Virus record (IMG/VR): IMGVR_UViG_3300031578_012080
Span: 1 to 63,022 of that record
Strand: one strand, 5' to 3'
DNA: 63,022 nt
Origin: a virus
Taxonomy: Duplodnaviria > Caudoviricetes
Below the pieces are notes generated by a model. That model had not been told where the DNA came from and did no database searches. It saw nothing but the letters and a program-made list of their open reading frames with translations. Positions 46,811 to 56,372 of the stretch are shown piece after piece (the first letter of the stretch is position 1; every line of letters begins with the position of its first letter). A program made the translations under genes and the position numbers.

Positions 46811-46840
46811 AAAAGAAAAAGGCCTTCATAAGAAGGCCTT
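46811..46840 (-). terminator. intrinsic terminator
   Basis: AAGGCCTTC-TTAT-GAAGGCCTT perfect 9-bp stem followed by TTTCTTTT. Confidence 0.8.
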
Positions 46841-46868
46841 CATCCAAAAAGAGATATATTTTTTGTTA

Positions 46869-47216
46869 TTAAAATTTTACATCAAAACTCATACTACATG
46901 GATTTTTAAGTTTTTCATCTTCAGCCTTATCTTCTACAAATGACCAAAAAACTTTCAAATATCTTATCTTTTTTCCTATCCGTTTACTTAATCCACTTTT
47001 AATTTTTTTAAGATAATCATCTTCGTCAAAAATACCTGGAAAATTATCAGGATTTATAGTGAAATTAAAGTTAAAAGAAATCTTTTCTTGGTCTTTACCT
47101 TTTAAAACATTATCGATACCAAAACTGAAATCAATAAGACAATCTTTTACATCTGGAAAGATATCAGAAAGAAATTCTTTGATTCCTTTTATTATATTTG
47201 TGTCTGCCACTTTCAT
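46869..47216 (-). CDS. hypothetical protein
   Basis: AAGGAGG RBS; followed by a terminator. Confidence 0.7.
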   Translation of the reverse strand: MKVADTNIIKGIKEFLSDIFPDVKDCLIDFSFGIDNVLKGKDQEKISFNFNFTINPDNFPGIFDEDDYLKKIKSGLSKRIGKKIRYLKVFWSFVEDKAEDEKLKNPCSMSFDVKF

Positions 47217-47220
47217 ATTT

Positions 47221-47275
47221 CCTCCTTACAGGAATAGTCGCCTGAAAGTCATCCGTTTTACCGGGAGAGGCGATA
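47221..47275 (-). promoter_or_regulatory. GC-rich structured 5' leader (candidate cis-regulatory RNA)
   Basis: TCGCCT/AGGCGA outer stem, CCG-GTAAAA-CGG inner stem, and TTCCT-GTA-AGGAG hairpin over the RBS. Confidence 0.45.
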
Positions 47276-47303
47276 ATAAAATTAATTAATTATATATCTC
47301 TTT

Positions 47304-47852
47304 TTAAAATGTTAATCTCCATAAAATTGCCATTGTCATTGCGGTTGTCTTATTTAAGACAGGAAAATTTTTAACATTTACCATTGTTCCATCAGACGCA
47401 ATAGTTGCATCTTCACCACCAAAAAGACCCATTTCTACTAAAGGTCCATTGGCTTCACTTTCAAGAAACGTTGTGGTCAAATCAATGACATTTGTTCTTG
47501 TAAGTGTTGGATCACCGACATCATCAACATATGTTTTATCAGAAAATTCCTTTCTTGTTAATTCCGCAACAAGTTGAGTTTGACTTGCTGATTCTGCTGG
47601 TGGATTTTGTAAATCCCAACCAACACCACCTGTGCCAACTGCAAGAGTTAAAATTCCAGGAATTGTTGGTGATGCAGTTTCAATTGCCCATGAAGCTATC
47701 AAATCACTACAAATATCAACAATCAAATTATCATCATGATAATCAGGTGCTGAAAGAATCTTTTCTCTTGTGAGACCAATTCCCAATTTTATCCAAAGTT
47801 CTCCTTTGTAACGAAATTTAAATTTCTCTGATCCTGTTACAATCTTTTCCAT
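47304..47852 (-). CDS. tail-collar/baseplate fibre-attachment-like structural protein
   Basis: NLIVD, LAVGTG, TQLVAELTRK, F.ESEANG.L.EMGLFGG, NKT....AILWRLTF. Confidence 0.65.
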   Translation of the reverse strand: MEKIVTGSEKFKFRYKGELWIKLGIGLTREKILSAPDYHDDNLIVDICSDLIASWAIETASPTIPGILTLAVGTGGVGWDLQNPPAESASQTQLVAELTRKEFSDKTYVDDVGDPTLTRTNVIDLTTTFLESEANGPLVEMGLFGGEDATIASDGTMVNVKNFPVLNKTTAMTMAILWRLTF

Positions 47853-47868
47853 GTATATCCTCCTGCTA

Positions 47869-47988
47869 TTAAAGATTTATTGTTTGTTTTTTTCCATTTT
47901 CCGTTATTATTATTTTAACATTGCTTTCTCTTATACCTTTATATTTATCGACATTTGGTTTTACCTTTTGTTTCTGCTTCTTTTTCAT
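47869..47988 (-). CDS. 39-aa basic hypothetical protein (not in ORF track)
   Basis: AAGGAG RBS; MKKKQKQKVKPNVDKYKGIRESNVKIIITENGKKQTINL*. Confidence 0.55.
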   Translation of the reverse strand: MKKKQKQKVKPNVDKYKGIRESNVKIIITENGKKQTINL

Positions 47989-47999
47989 TTTAATCTCCT

Positions 48000-50900
48000 T
48001 TATGGTACAAGTACTATTGTCACATCCACATCTGGTCCTACACCATAAGGACCATTTAATATACCGGCATCCTTATCAACAGGGACATCTGGTACTAAAT
48101 AAAATCCTTTATAATGAGCAACAATTTGTCCTATTGTTTCTTCAACTTCTTCTATGTTTTCACTAAGAGCTACACCAACGTCTGGATTTGATTCTTCAAC
48201 CGAAGCATATGTATCACTGAATCCAACAGCAGGATACCACATATCAACACCCAGTAAACTACCAAGCAATACTCGTTCTTCTTCAATTGGTAAAGAACCA
48301 ACCAAAGGACTATATAATTTATTTAATATGAATATCTTTTTAAGATAATCACCAAACATAAATATAACAGTTGGACTATCAGTTGGTAGATCTTTTGTTT
48401 CTTGAAAAAATGAACCACCTAATAATAAATCTGTCCAATCATCAACTAGTTGGTCATACAAATCATCTAAATCATAATTCAGTGTTATCTCATGTCTTGG
48501 GCAATGTACATTATAACTTCTTGTATAATAATCATTAAAATATGAACCAACTTCTGGATCAAAATCACTTCCATCAACTCGATAATCATTTAATATGAAT
48601 CTATGACTACTGTTACATGGTGGAATTACATAATCATCAGATTTTACCCATTCAAATGTAACTTGTCTGAGTTGAGTACAAACATGAGCATGTAGTGGAC
48701 CTTCAAATTCAAATCCACCTAAATAATCATTTACATTAAAAGTATTGAAAATACTTTTTTCAGTTGGGTCGAAGTCACTTCCATCAACAGTGAAATCGTT
48801 AAGATAAAAAGTAATATGACGATATACATAGAATTCATTATAATAGTAAGTAATTTCAATTTGATCTCCATAATTTGGCGGTGCAGTTAATTTTACATAT
48901 CCTCTTGTTGGATCAAACTCATCAACGCTTACAGGTGTTCCATTTATAGTTACAACAAAATCTGTCAATTCAGCAATTTCAAATTCATCTTCTTTTATCC
49001 AAGGCTTAAAATATGTGAAGAAATCATCTTTTGTTGGCTCGCCTAAAAATTGATTTGAAACATTTTCTGTTATCTCTTGTATTTCTGCAGCATATTCTGA
49101 ACAATCTGTTCTCATATCTTCAGGATAAAGATTTTCAAAACCAACTTTATATCTATCACAAATTGCTGTGCTTGTTGTTTTAATTGCAACTTGCCATCCA
49201 TAAATATCTAAGATTGGTATTTTTCTTCCCCATTGGTCCAATATATAATCACCTTGTGGATCTTTTTCCCATTGTAGTTCACAAGCATTTTGAAAATAGA
49301 AATGTTCTGTCCAAATAAATCTTATTATGTAAAAAATATGTGAAGGTTTAACAACTGTCATAAATGCATTTATCTGTTCACTCATTAATGATAAATTTGA
49401 ATCAAGTGGTCCAGCACCTTCAACTAAAACATCAATTTTAACAATAAATTGCTCTGAAATATCAGCATCTTTGCTAAATACTGGCTCTCTTAATTGCACA
49501 TCATTTTCAACAAATAATTCTAATCCACGTTGCAATGATGTTTTCGTTGAACCTTCAAATAATATACTTATCAAAGCTAAAAGTAATTGTCTATAATCTT
49601 CTTGTGATATCACATTACTTGGAGGGATAGTTATTAAATATCCTAAATTTTGCCAAATTAATTTTGGATCCAGAATATCATAATCTAAATCATTTTGTGA
49701 TTTTTCTTCATCATATTCCAATCTTGCTTGTTCCATTGCATGAGATTTAAGATGACCATAAAATATAGTTGATGGTGATCTTGAATAACTACTACCCATA
49801 TTTTTGAATATGTCTTTAATATACTCAAGAGATTGATAATATTGGTCATTTCTTTTTTGAATAGCTCTTGATGCTGTTATATGAGTTGTAAATCTATATT
49901 CAAATGGAACCATTACATTTCCAACATGATCAATTGCATTAATAATAACTATTATTGATGCATTATGTTCAAATTGTCCTGTTGGTGTAGCAAAAACTAT
50001 ATAACCTCTATTTCTTTCAAAAAATGAAAAATTAAGATTATCTTCAAACAAGAATAAATCAAGTATTTGGGAAACAGTAATATCAAGATTGTTTTCATTT
50101 AAAAGATATTTACTTAGCTCTTGATTGTATTTTGAATTTATAATTTCTGCTTCATAGTCATCTAATCCATTAAGATAATCTGCAAGCTTTTTAATTGTAT
50201 TATAAGCATTATTACTTAAATTTAATTGTAGACTTATAATACTATTTATTTTGACAACAAAATTTACATTATCTATTGTTAGTCTTACATTAGTTGATGA
50301 CCCAGTGTATCTGAATCTTATAGTATCACGTGTTATTGGTTTATATATAACATTATTTATTTTAATCTGGACTGTTCTTATATTAACTCCAGATTGATTG
50401 TCATCAATATATGCAATAACATTAGTTTTTGTTGATACGTCAGTAGAATTTGGAGTAGGATAAAGTTCTCTAACTCTAGGTGCTTCAGTATCTGCTTGTA
50501 TAAAATTGAATATTACTTCATCAGCTATATTGCCTGCAATATCACTAACATTATAAATTCTGAGTACTTCTACATCCTCAAAATTTAAAACACCTTGAAT
50601 AGGACTTATTGTTATTTCATAATCTGTTGGATTTAATGGAACCCAAGAAAAATATGAAGAATTTTTAGTTTGAGAATATTCTATACCATTAACTTCAACT
50701 TTTATTGAACTTACATCAACACCTGAAAAATCATCACTTACTTTAAATTTAAATTCTGTTGTTGATTCTGTAATGACACCATCAGGTGGCTCAATATCAT
50801 AAATTACAGGTGGAATTAAATCAATTTTAACAATTTCTGTATTAACAGTTTCTATATTTCCAGCATTATCACGTGAAAAATATTTCAGGGTAAATGTGCC

Positions 50901-53900
50901 AGAACTATTAATATCAACATAATGTCCACTTGGTGATGCTATTGTTGGTGTTGAACCATCAATTGTGAAAAATGTTGTATCCCATCCTGAAGCTTCATCA
51001 TCAACAATAAAATTGATTCGTGTTGATGAAGTAAATCCACTTGGAGGAACATCAGTTGTTGTTACAGGTGGGGTTTTATCAAATTTTACAGTTGTTGTTT
51101 TTACTATTTCTTCGTTTCCAACATTATCAACTGCATAATACTCAATATCATATGCACCTTCAGGCATAAGAAATGGTGCAGTATATTCAACAAATAACAA
51201 ATCATCAGCTAATCTATAGTAAGTCTTGTCCACGCCTGAGTGAATATCAACTGGTACCAATGTTATTTGTACAGTTGGGCTAACAAACCAATCATCTTCT
51301 CCTGTTGGAGTTACAGGATTGGTAAAAAGTTGTGTTGTTGGTGCATCTCCATCAACAAAAACATGAAAGGCTGCTTCTTTAACTGCTTCAATATTTCCAG
51401 CAATATCGACTGAAAAATATTTTATAATAAATTCACCTGAATCATATAATATTATTTTACTATTGACAACAATAGGGGATAAAACTGTAGGTGTAGTACC
51501 ATTAATTGTGAAATATGTTCTATATAAACCTGATGTCACGTCAACTACACTAATATTTATTGTAACCGGACCCTGTCGCCATGATAAATCTACAACATCA
51601 TCAGTTGTTATAGGCGCAATTCTATCTAATTTAAATGGTAAATTAGAATATGCACTTGCTTTTTGATTTTCACCTGTTGTGGGTATAGAATTATTATCAT
51701 ATGCTCTTGCAAATATTGTATGTTCACCATCACCATATCCTGGAAAAATTGTACTTAATGGAGCAGGAATATCAAAAATAAATTTAACTTCTGTTGGTGA
51801 TATACTATCAAATTTTGTCAGATCATTTACAACAGTAATTGTTTTATTTAATGAAACCGAATCGTATCCAAGCTTTAAACTTTCAATTCCTACAAAATAT
51901 TCATAATCACTTAATATTTTATCTTTAATTTTATAATTTGCAATAAGAGAATGAGGTGCTTTTATATCACCAACATGTGATTCACTATTCGGATCGTCAC
52001 TTACAGCAAATCCTATAGTTTGACCTATACTCGTTGCTGTATCTGTACCAGTTGCCCATAATAATGTAAATGTTCCACCACCACCAACACGATTTGAAGA
52101 AAGTGTAAATTTACCAGTGCCACTATTAAAACTAATAGTATAATTTGATGCACCTACTGCTTCTAATTTTGATTCTATTTCATTTGCAAGAGTTGTACTT
52201 GTGTAAACACCTGCAGCTATAGTAGCAGTTAATTCAACAGCTACAGTTTCTTCAAAATTAATTTTATCATTTACACCTGTATTAATTCTATATTTCTGAT
52301 TAATAATGGTAATTGCACCATTTTCATCATTATAACTATAATCAATACCAAGATCTAACATTACATCTGGATCAGGTTCTGTGTCCCAAACTTCTAACGT
52401 ACCATCAATTATTGGAATATTCTGAATTACTGGATCAGTTGGATCAAGTACTTCTCCTACAAAATCTATTGCATCATGTATATTTCCAGCCATTAGAACT
52501 TCATCATAAAGTCCTAATCCTTTTTGCACACCTTTTATTGTATATTGTTCTTGTGAAATTGAAGAATGTGCAGCTATGACTTCTTTAAGAAATTTATTAT
52601 ATAATCTTATTCTTAAATAATCAGATTCATAAGAATCAAACCATGCAATATTAGAAGAAATATCATATCCTAATGTCTCACCTATTGATTCTCCACCTGT
52701 CCATAAAAATGTGATTGGAGAATAATCAGCTAAATAAGCAAGTGATCCTGTATTATCTGAAGTTATATCATATCCAATTATTTCACCAGCTGTTAGTGCT
52801 GTATTTGTTCCTGTTAACCATAACAAATTAAAAATATTACCGCCACCAGTGCCATCTGATGTGATAGTAAACTTATTTGTTCCAGTATCATAAGCTACTG
52901 TATATGTTGAAGCTCCAGCCAAATCCAATCTTGTCTTTATTTCTGTTTCAAGTTCAGTTGATGTATATTGTCCTGAATTTAAAGTAGCAGTTAACTCAAC
53001 AGCAGCAGTTTCTTCAAAATCAATCTTATCATTTACTCCAACAGAAACTTTAAATTTACTATTTATTGTAAATTTTTCACCATCACCATATTGATATTTT
53101 TCAATATCAGCTGTATATTCAAATAAATCTTTTACATTTTCAGCATTTAATTTCGTTGCAACTTCATCTTTTAAATCTGTTCCACTATATGTTCCAGCTG
53201 GTATTATAACATTGAAAATATCAGCTGATTCTTGGATTGATAATCTATCATTTTCACCTGAAATAATTTCATATGTTAATGGTCCAGGTACTGCTTCTTC
53301 TGATAATTTTATAGTTGTATCGTCAGTAGTTATTTCTACATGTAAACCAAAATCTTTATTATACCAACCATTTGTTCCAGTCTCAGATGGATCAGGAATA
53401 TAAGTTATATCAAGTTGAGGAATTCTTCTATCAATAATAATTGGAAATACTGCTTCTTTTACATCTTCAACATTTCCAGCATTATCAACTGAAAAATATT
53501 TTAATGTATATGTTCCATCTTCTATAAGAGTTACTGAATCACCAAATGCCGATTCTTGAGTTGGTGTTGAACCATCAGTTGTATAATAAGTTCTATATTT
53601 TAATGAAGCATTATCGGTAGCTCTGAAATTTATAGTAACAGGATGATCATGAATTAATGGTGCATTTACTGCTTCTAAAATTGTTCTATCTAATGTATTT
53701 AATGCTTGTGGTTCACCTGAAACATCAAAAGCATAATCAACATAAATATAATCACTAACTGATAAAGGAACTCCACCAAATATATAATCAATTTCAACAA
53801 CATCACCAACATCAATTGGATATTCACCTGATAATTTTAAATTACTTTTATTTGGAAATATTCCTATGACTGTATCAGGATGATTAAAATCAACCTCATA

Positions 53901-56354
53901 ATATGCATTTTTATTTACATTAAAAACTCTTAATGCTCTTGAAATAGAATCACTTGCAATTTGAATAACATAATTTGATATTCTTATTGCTTGTTCATTT
54001 TCTGTTAATGGTTCAACAATAACTTCATTTCTATTAACACCATCTATTCTTATCGGATAATAATATTGAAGTTTTGTTTCATTATAAATTCTTGATATAC
54101 TTACAACATTATTATTGTCAAACAATAATCTATTTAATGATATTACAGAAGGATGTTCATCTTCAATGTATTGATATCCTGCTGCAAATGTAGTATATAT
54201 TATCCCTTGTAAACGAATAGAATCATCAATAGTTTCAGGAGGTGTTTTATCATATTTTATTTCATAACTATTTTGATTTTCTATATTTCCTGCTAAATCA
54301 GATGAATAATAATATAAAGTATGAATACCTTCACTTGGAAAATTTATTATATCACCATCTTTGTATTCAACAACTATACCTTCATCCCAACGATAAAACA
54401 TTTTATATACACCAGAAAGATTATCTTCTGCTGATAATGTTATATCTTGGTCTGTTACATACCATCCATTATTACCATCTGGATCAGGAATTGTTAATGT
54501 TGTAACAGGAGATGTTCCATCAAGTTTATATTCTTTTGATTTTACTTCACCTACATTATCTTCATTATCAATAGCATAATATTCAAGTGTCCAATGTGCA
54601 TCATGAGGCAAAGTTACAGGAGATGTATAAACTAAAAATATAACTGTTTCAGAATAAGTATGTGGATATGCACCTTCATCTAATCCAAACACTTCATTTG
54701 TTGCATCATTTCCCGTTGGAGCTAAAAATTTAACTTGAGCTGTAGCCGTATTAGGATTCAATGATTTTATTGTTATATAATTTTCACCAGATTCATCACC
54801 TTCAGCGTCTGTTTCTACAGCAACATCTTGTCCAATTGCATTATTAATTTTGCCTATTATTTCTACAAGTGTTGTTTCAGAAGGTAAAAATCCTGAAATT
54901 TCAATTTCTTCAGGAATACCTGAATTATCAATCTCAATATTTACTTTATAATTTGTGCTTAAATCAATTGTTGTAGCAATTTCAACAGTACTTGTATATT
55001 TTGCAGTTGACGTTACTCCTGTCTCATGTAACTTATAATAAATTGCTTTTATTCCTGATGGATCAGTAGCTGAAACAGTAATATCAGGAGTAGTACGATA
55101 CCAACCATTTGTGCCATTTGGTGGAAAACTTTCAGAAACAAATGCATTTGGTGCCTCAAGATCAATACTAACTTCTACCGTTGCTTGTTTTACTGATTCT
55201 TCATTTCCTGCATTATCAACACCAAAATATTTTATTATATAATTACCTGTTTCATCAAGAATAACTGAAGTTCCCGAAGAAGAAGTTATATCAGGTGTGG
55301 ACCCATCAGTTGTAAAATAAATATTATTTATGCCTGAAATATCATCACTTGAGAAGAAATGAATAGTAACAGGTTCTTTTTGTAAACCTTCGGGGGCATC
55401 ATCAGCAGTAACAGGTGCAACATTATCTAATTTAAAAACATGTGAATTAAGGTCTTCAGTATTGCCAGCAAAATCAATAGCATAATAATCTAATGTATAT
55501 AATCCTTCACTTGGCATTTGAAAACTGTTACCTACTGCTTGAATAACATTTTCACCAATATATGTTAAAGCACCTGTATCATCAGTAACATCAAATCCTG
55601 CATCGGGTCCAACACTTGTTGATGTGTTTGTTCCTGTTGCCCATAATATATTTAATATTCCAATGCCACCAGCACCATCAGAAATTATTGTAATTTTTCT
55701 TGTTATAATATCAAATGTTACTGTATAAACTGAAGATCCAGCAGTATTTAATGCAGCTCTTATTTTTGATGCAAGTGTTGGACCATCATAAGAACCAGGA
55801 TCAATTATTCCAGTTAATTCAACTGATGGTGTTTCCTCAAAATTAATTTTATCATTTACACCACTTTGGACATCAACTTTAAGATATGATTGGAAAGTAT
55901 CACTATTCCATCTATAAAAAATATTTCTTAAACCTGACGTGCCATCTGTTGCACTTATTAATATAGTTGGATTTGTTTTATACCATCCATTTTCACCATC
56001 TGGATCAACAACTGTAAGAGAAGAAACAGGAGCAACATTATCCATCCATAATTCTTGTGTTTTTGTAAATTCCTGATTGCCATTGTTATCAATAGAAAAG
56101 AATTTTACAGTTGTTTTTCCTTGCCCAGTTATCTCAACTTCTGTTGTTATATTATCTGGTTGATTTGGACCAGAAGGTGAACTATAATTAGGTTCACTTC
56201 CATCAAGTGTATAATATGTAGCAGCTAGACCAGAAGGAATATCATGTTCTGTATCACCACTGTCTATACCTTGTAAACGCAACAAAAAGGTATTTGTTTG
56301 GTTCCATGTCTCAAACGGAATATTACTAGTCGTAACTGGAGGTGTATTATCCAA
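48000..56354 (-). CDS. giant baseplate wedge protein with Ig/Fn3-like repeat array (2784 aa)
   Basis: Many D.T(P/A)P.T...YYT.DGS.P...YFS.D.AGN.E repeats; C-terminal P2 gpI-like segment (LIWQNLG, DYRQLL...GST...LQ, KPSHI); follows the gpJ-like gene; TTG start. Confidence 0.8.
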   Translation of the reverse strand: MDNTPPVTTSNIPFETWNQTNTFLLRLQGIDSGDTEHDIPSGLAATYYTLDGSEPNYSSPSGPNQPDNITTEVEITGQGKTTVKFFSIDNNGNQEFTKTQELWMDNVAPVSSLTVVDPDGENGWYKTNPTILISATDGTSGLRNIFYRWNSDTFQSYLKVDVQSGVNDKINFEETPSVELTGIIDPGSYDGPTLASKIRAALNTAGSSVYTVTFDIITRKITIISDGAGGIGILNILWATGTNTSTSVGPDAGFDVTDDTGALTYIGENVIQAVGNSFQMPSEGLYTLDYYAIDFAGNTEDLNSHVFKLDNVAPVTADDAPEGLQKEPVTIHFFSSDDISGINNIYFTTDGSTPDITSSSGTSVILDETGNYIIKYFGVDNAGNEESVKQATVEVSIDLEAPNAFVSESFPPNGTNGWYRTTPDITVSATDPSGIKAIYYKLHETGVTSTAKYTSTVEIATTIDLSTNYKVNIEIDNSGIPEEIEISGFLPSETTLVEIIGKINNAIGQDVAVETDAEGDESGENYITIKSLNPNTATAQVKFLAPTGNDATNEVFGLDEGAYPHTYSETVIFLVYTSPVTLPHDAHWTLEYYAIDNEDNVGEVKSKEYKLDGTSPVTTLTIPDPDGNNGWYVTDQDITLSAEDNLSGVYKMFYRWDEGIVVEYKDGDIINFPSEGIHTLYYYSSDLAGNIENQNSYEIKYDKTPPETIDDSIRLQGIIYTTFAAGYQYIEDEHPSVISLNRLLFDNNNVVSISRIYNETKLQYYYPIRIDGVNRNEVIVEPLTENEQAIRISNYVIQIASDSISRALRVFNVNKNAYYEVDFNHPDTVIGIFPNKSNLKLSGEYPIDVGDVVEIDYIFGGVPLSVSDYIYVDYAFDVSGEPQALNTLDRTILEAVNAPLIHDHPVTINFRATDNASLKYRTYYTTDGSTPTQESAFGDSVTLIEDGTYTLKYFSVDNAGNVEDVKEAVFPIIIDRRIPQLDITYIPDPSETGTNGWYNKDFGLHVEITTDDTTIKLSEEAVPGPLTYEIISGENDRLSIQESADIFNVIIPAGTYSGTDLKDEVATKLNAENVKDLFEYTADIEKYQYGDGEKFTINSKFKVSVGVNDKIDFEETAAVELTATLNSGQYTSTELETEIKTRLDLAGASTYTVAYDTGTNKFTITSDGTGGGNIFNLLWLTGTNTALTAGEIIGYDITSDNTGSLAYLADYSPITFLWTGGESIGETLGYDISSNIAWFDSYESDYLRIRLYNKFLKEVIAAHSSISQEQYTIKGVQKGLGLYDEVLMAGNIHDAIDFVGEVLDPTDPVIQNIPIIDGTLEVWDTEPDPDVMLDLGIDYSYNDENGAITIINQKYRINTGVNDKINFEETVAVELTATIAAGVYTSTTLANEIESKLEAVGASNYTISFNSGTGKFTLSSNRVGGGGTFTLLWATGTDTATSIGQTIGFAVSDDPNSESHVGDIKAPHSLIANYKIKDKILSDYEYFVGIESLKLGYDSVSLNKTITVVNDLTKFDSISPTEVKFIFDIPAPLSTIFPGYGDGEHTIFARAYDNNSIPTTGENQKASAYSNLPFKLDRIAPITTDDVVDLSWRQGPVTINISVVDVTSGLYRTYFTINGTTPTVLSPIVVNSKIILYDSGEFIIKYFSVDIAGNIEAVKEAAFHVFVDGDAPTTQLFTNPVTPTGEDDWFVSPTVQITLVPVDIHSGVDKTYYRLADDLLFVEYTAPFLMPEGAYDIEYYAVDNVGNEEIVKTTTVKFDKTPPVTTTDVPPSGFTSSTRINFIVDDEASGWDTTFFTIDGSTPTIASPSGHYVDINSSGTFTLKYFSRDNAGNIETVNTEIVKIDLIPPVIYDIEPPDGVITESTTEFKFKVSDDFSGVDVSSIKVEVNGIEYSQTKNSSYFSWVPLNPTDYEITISPIQGVLNFEDVEVLRIYNVSDIAGNIADEVIFNFIQADTEAPRVRELYPTPNSTDVSTKTNVIAYIDDNQSGVNIRTVQIKINNVIYKPITRDTIRFRYTGSSTNVRLTIDNVNFVVKINSIISLQLNLSNNAYNTIKKLADYLNGLDDYEAEIINSKYNQELSKYLLNENNLDITVSQILDLFLFEDNLNFSFFERNRGYIVFATPTGQFEHNASIIVIINAIDHVGNVMVPFEYRFTTHITASRAIQKRNDQYYQSLEYIKDIFKNMGSSYSRSPSTIFYGHLKSHAMEQARLEYDEEKSQNDLDYDILDPKLIWQNLGYLITIPPSNVISQEDYRQLLLALISILFEGSTKTSLQRGLELFVENDVQLREPVFSKDADISEQFIVKIDVLVEGAGPLDSNLSLMSEQINAFMTVVKPSHIFYIIRFIWTEHFYFQNACELQWEKDPQGDYILDQWGRKIPILDIYGWQVAIKTTSTAICDRYKVGFENLYPEDMRTDCSEYAAEIQEITENVSNQFLGEPTKDDFFTYFKPWIKEDEFEIAELTDFVVTINGTPVSVDEFDPTRGYVKLTAPPNYGDQIEITYYYNEFYVYRHITFYLNDFTVDGSDFDPTEKSIFNTFNVNDYLGGFEFEGPLHAHVCTQLRQVTFEWVKSDDYVIPPCNSSHRFILNDYRVDGSDFDPEVGSYFNDYYTRSYNVHCPRHEITLNYDLDDLYDQLVDDWTDLLLGGSFFQETKDLPTDSPTVIFMFGDYLKKIFILNKLYSPLVGSLPIEEERVLLGSLLGVDMWYPAVGFSDTYASVEESNPDVGVALSENIEEVEETIGQIVAHYKGFYLVPDVPVDKDAGILNGPYGVGPDVDVTIVLVP

Positions 56355-56372
56355 AGAACGAACCTTTCAAAT

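Noticed and set aside
47221-47275. tRNA, SECIS, hammerhead or a known riboswitch class
   Set aside because: No cloverleaf, no CUGAUGA/GAAA core, no in-frame UGA selenoprotein nearby, and no match to consensus motifs I recall.
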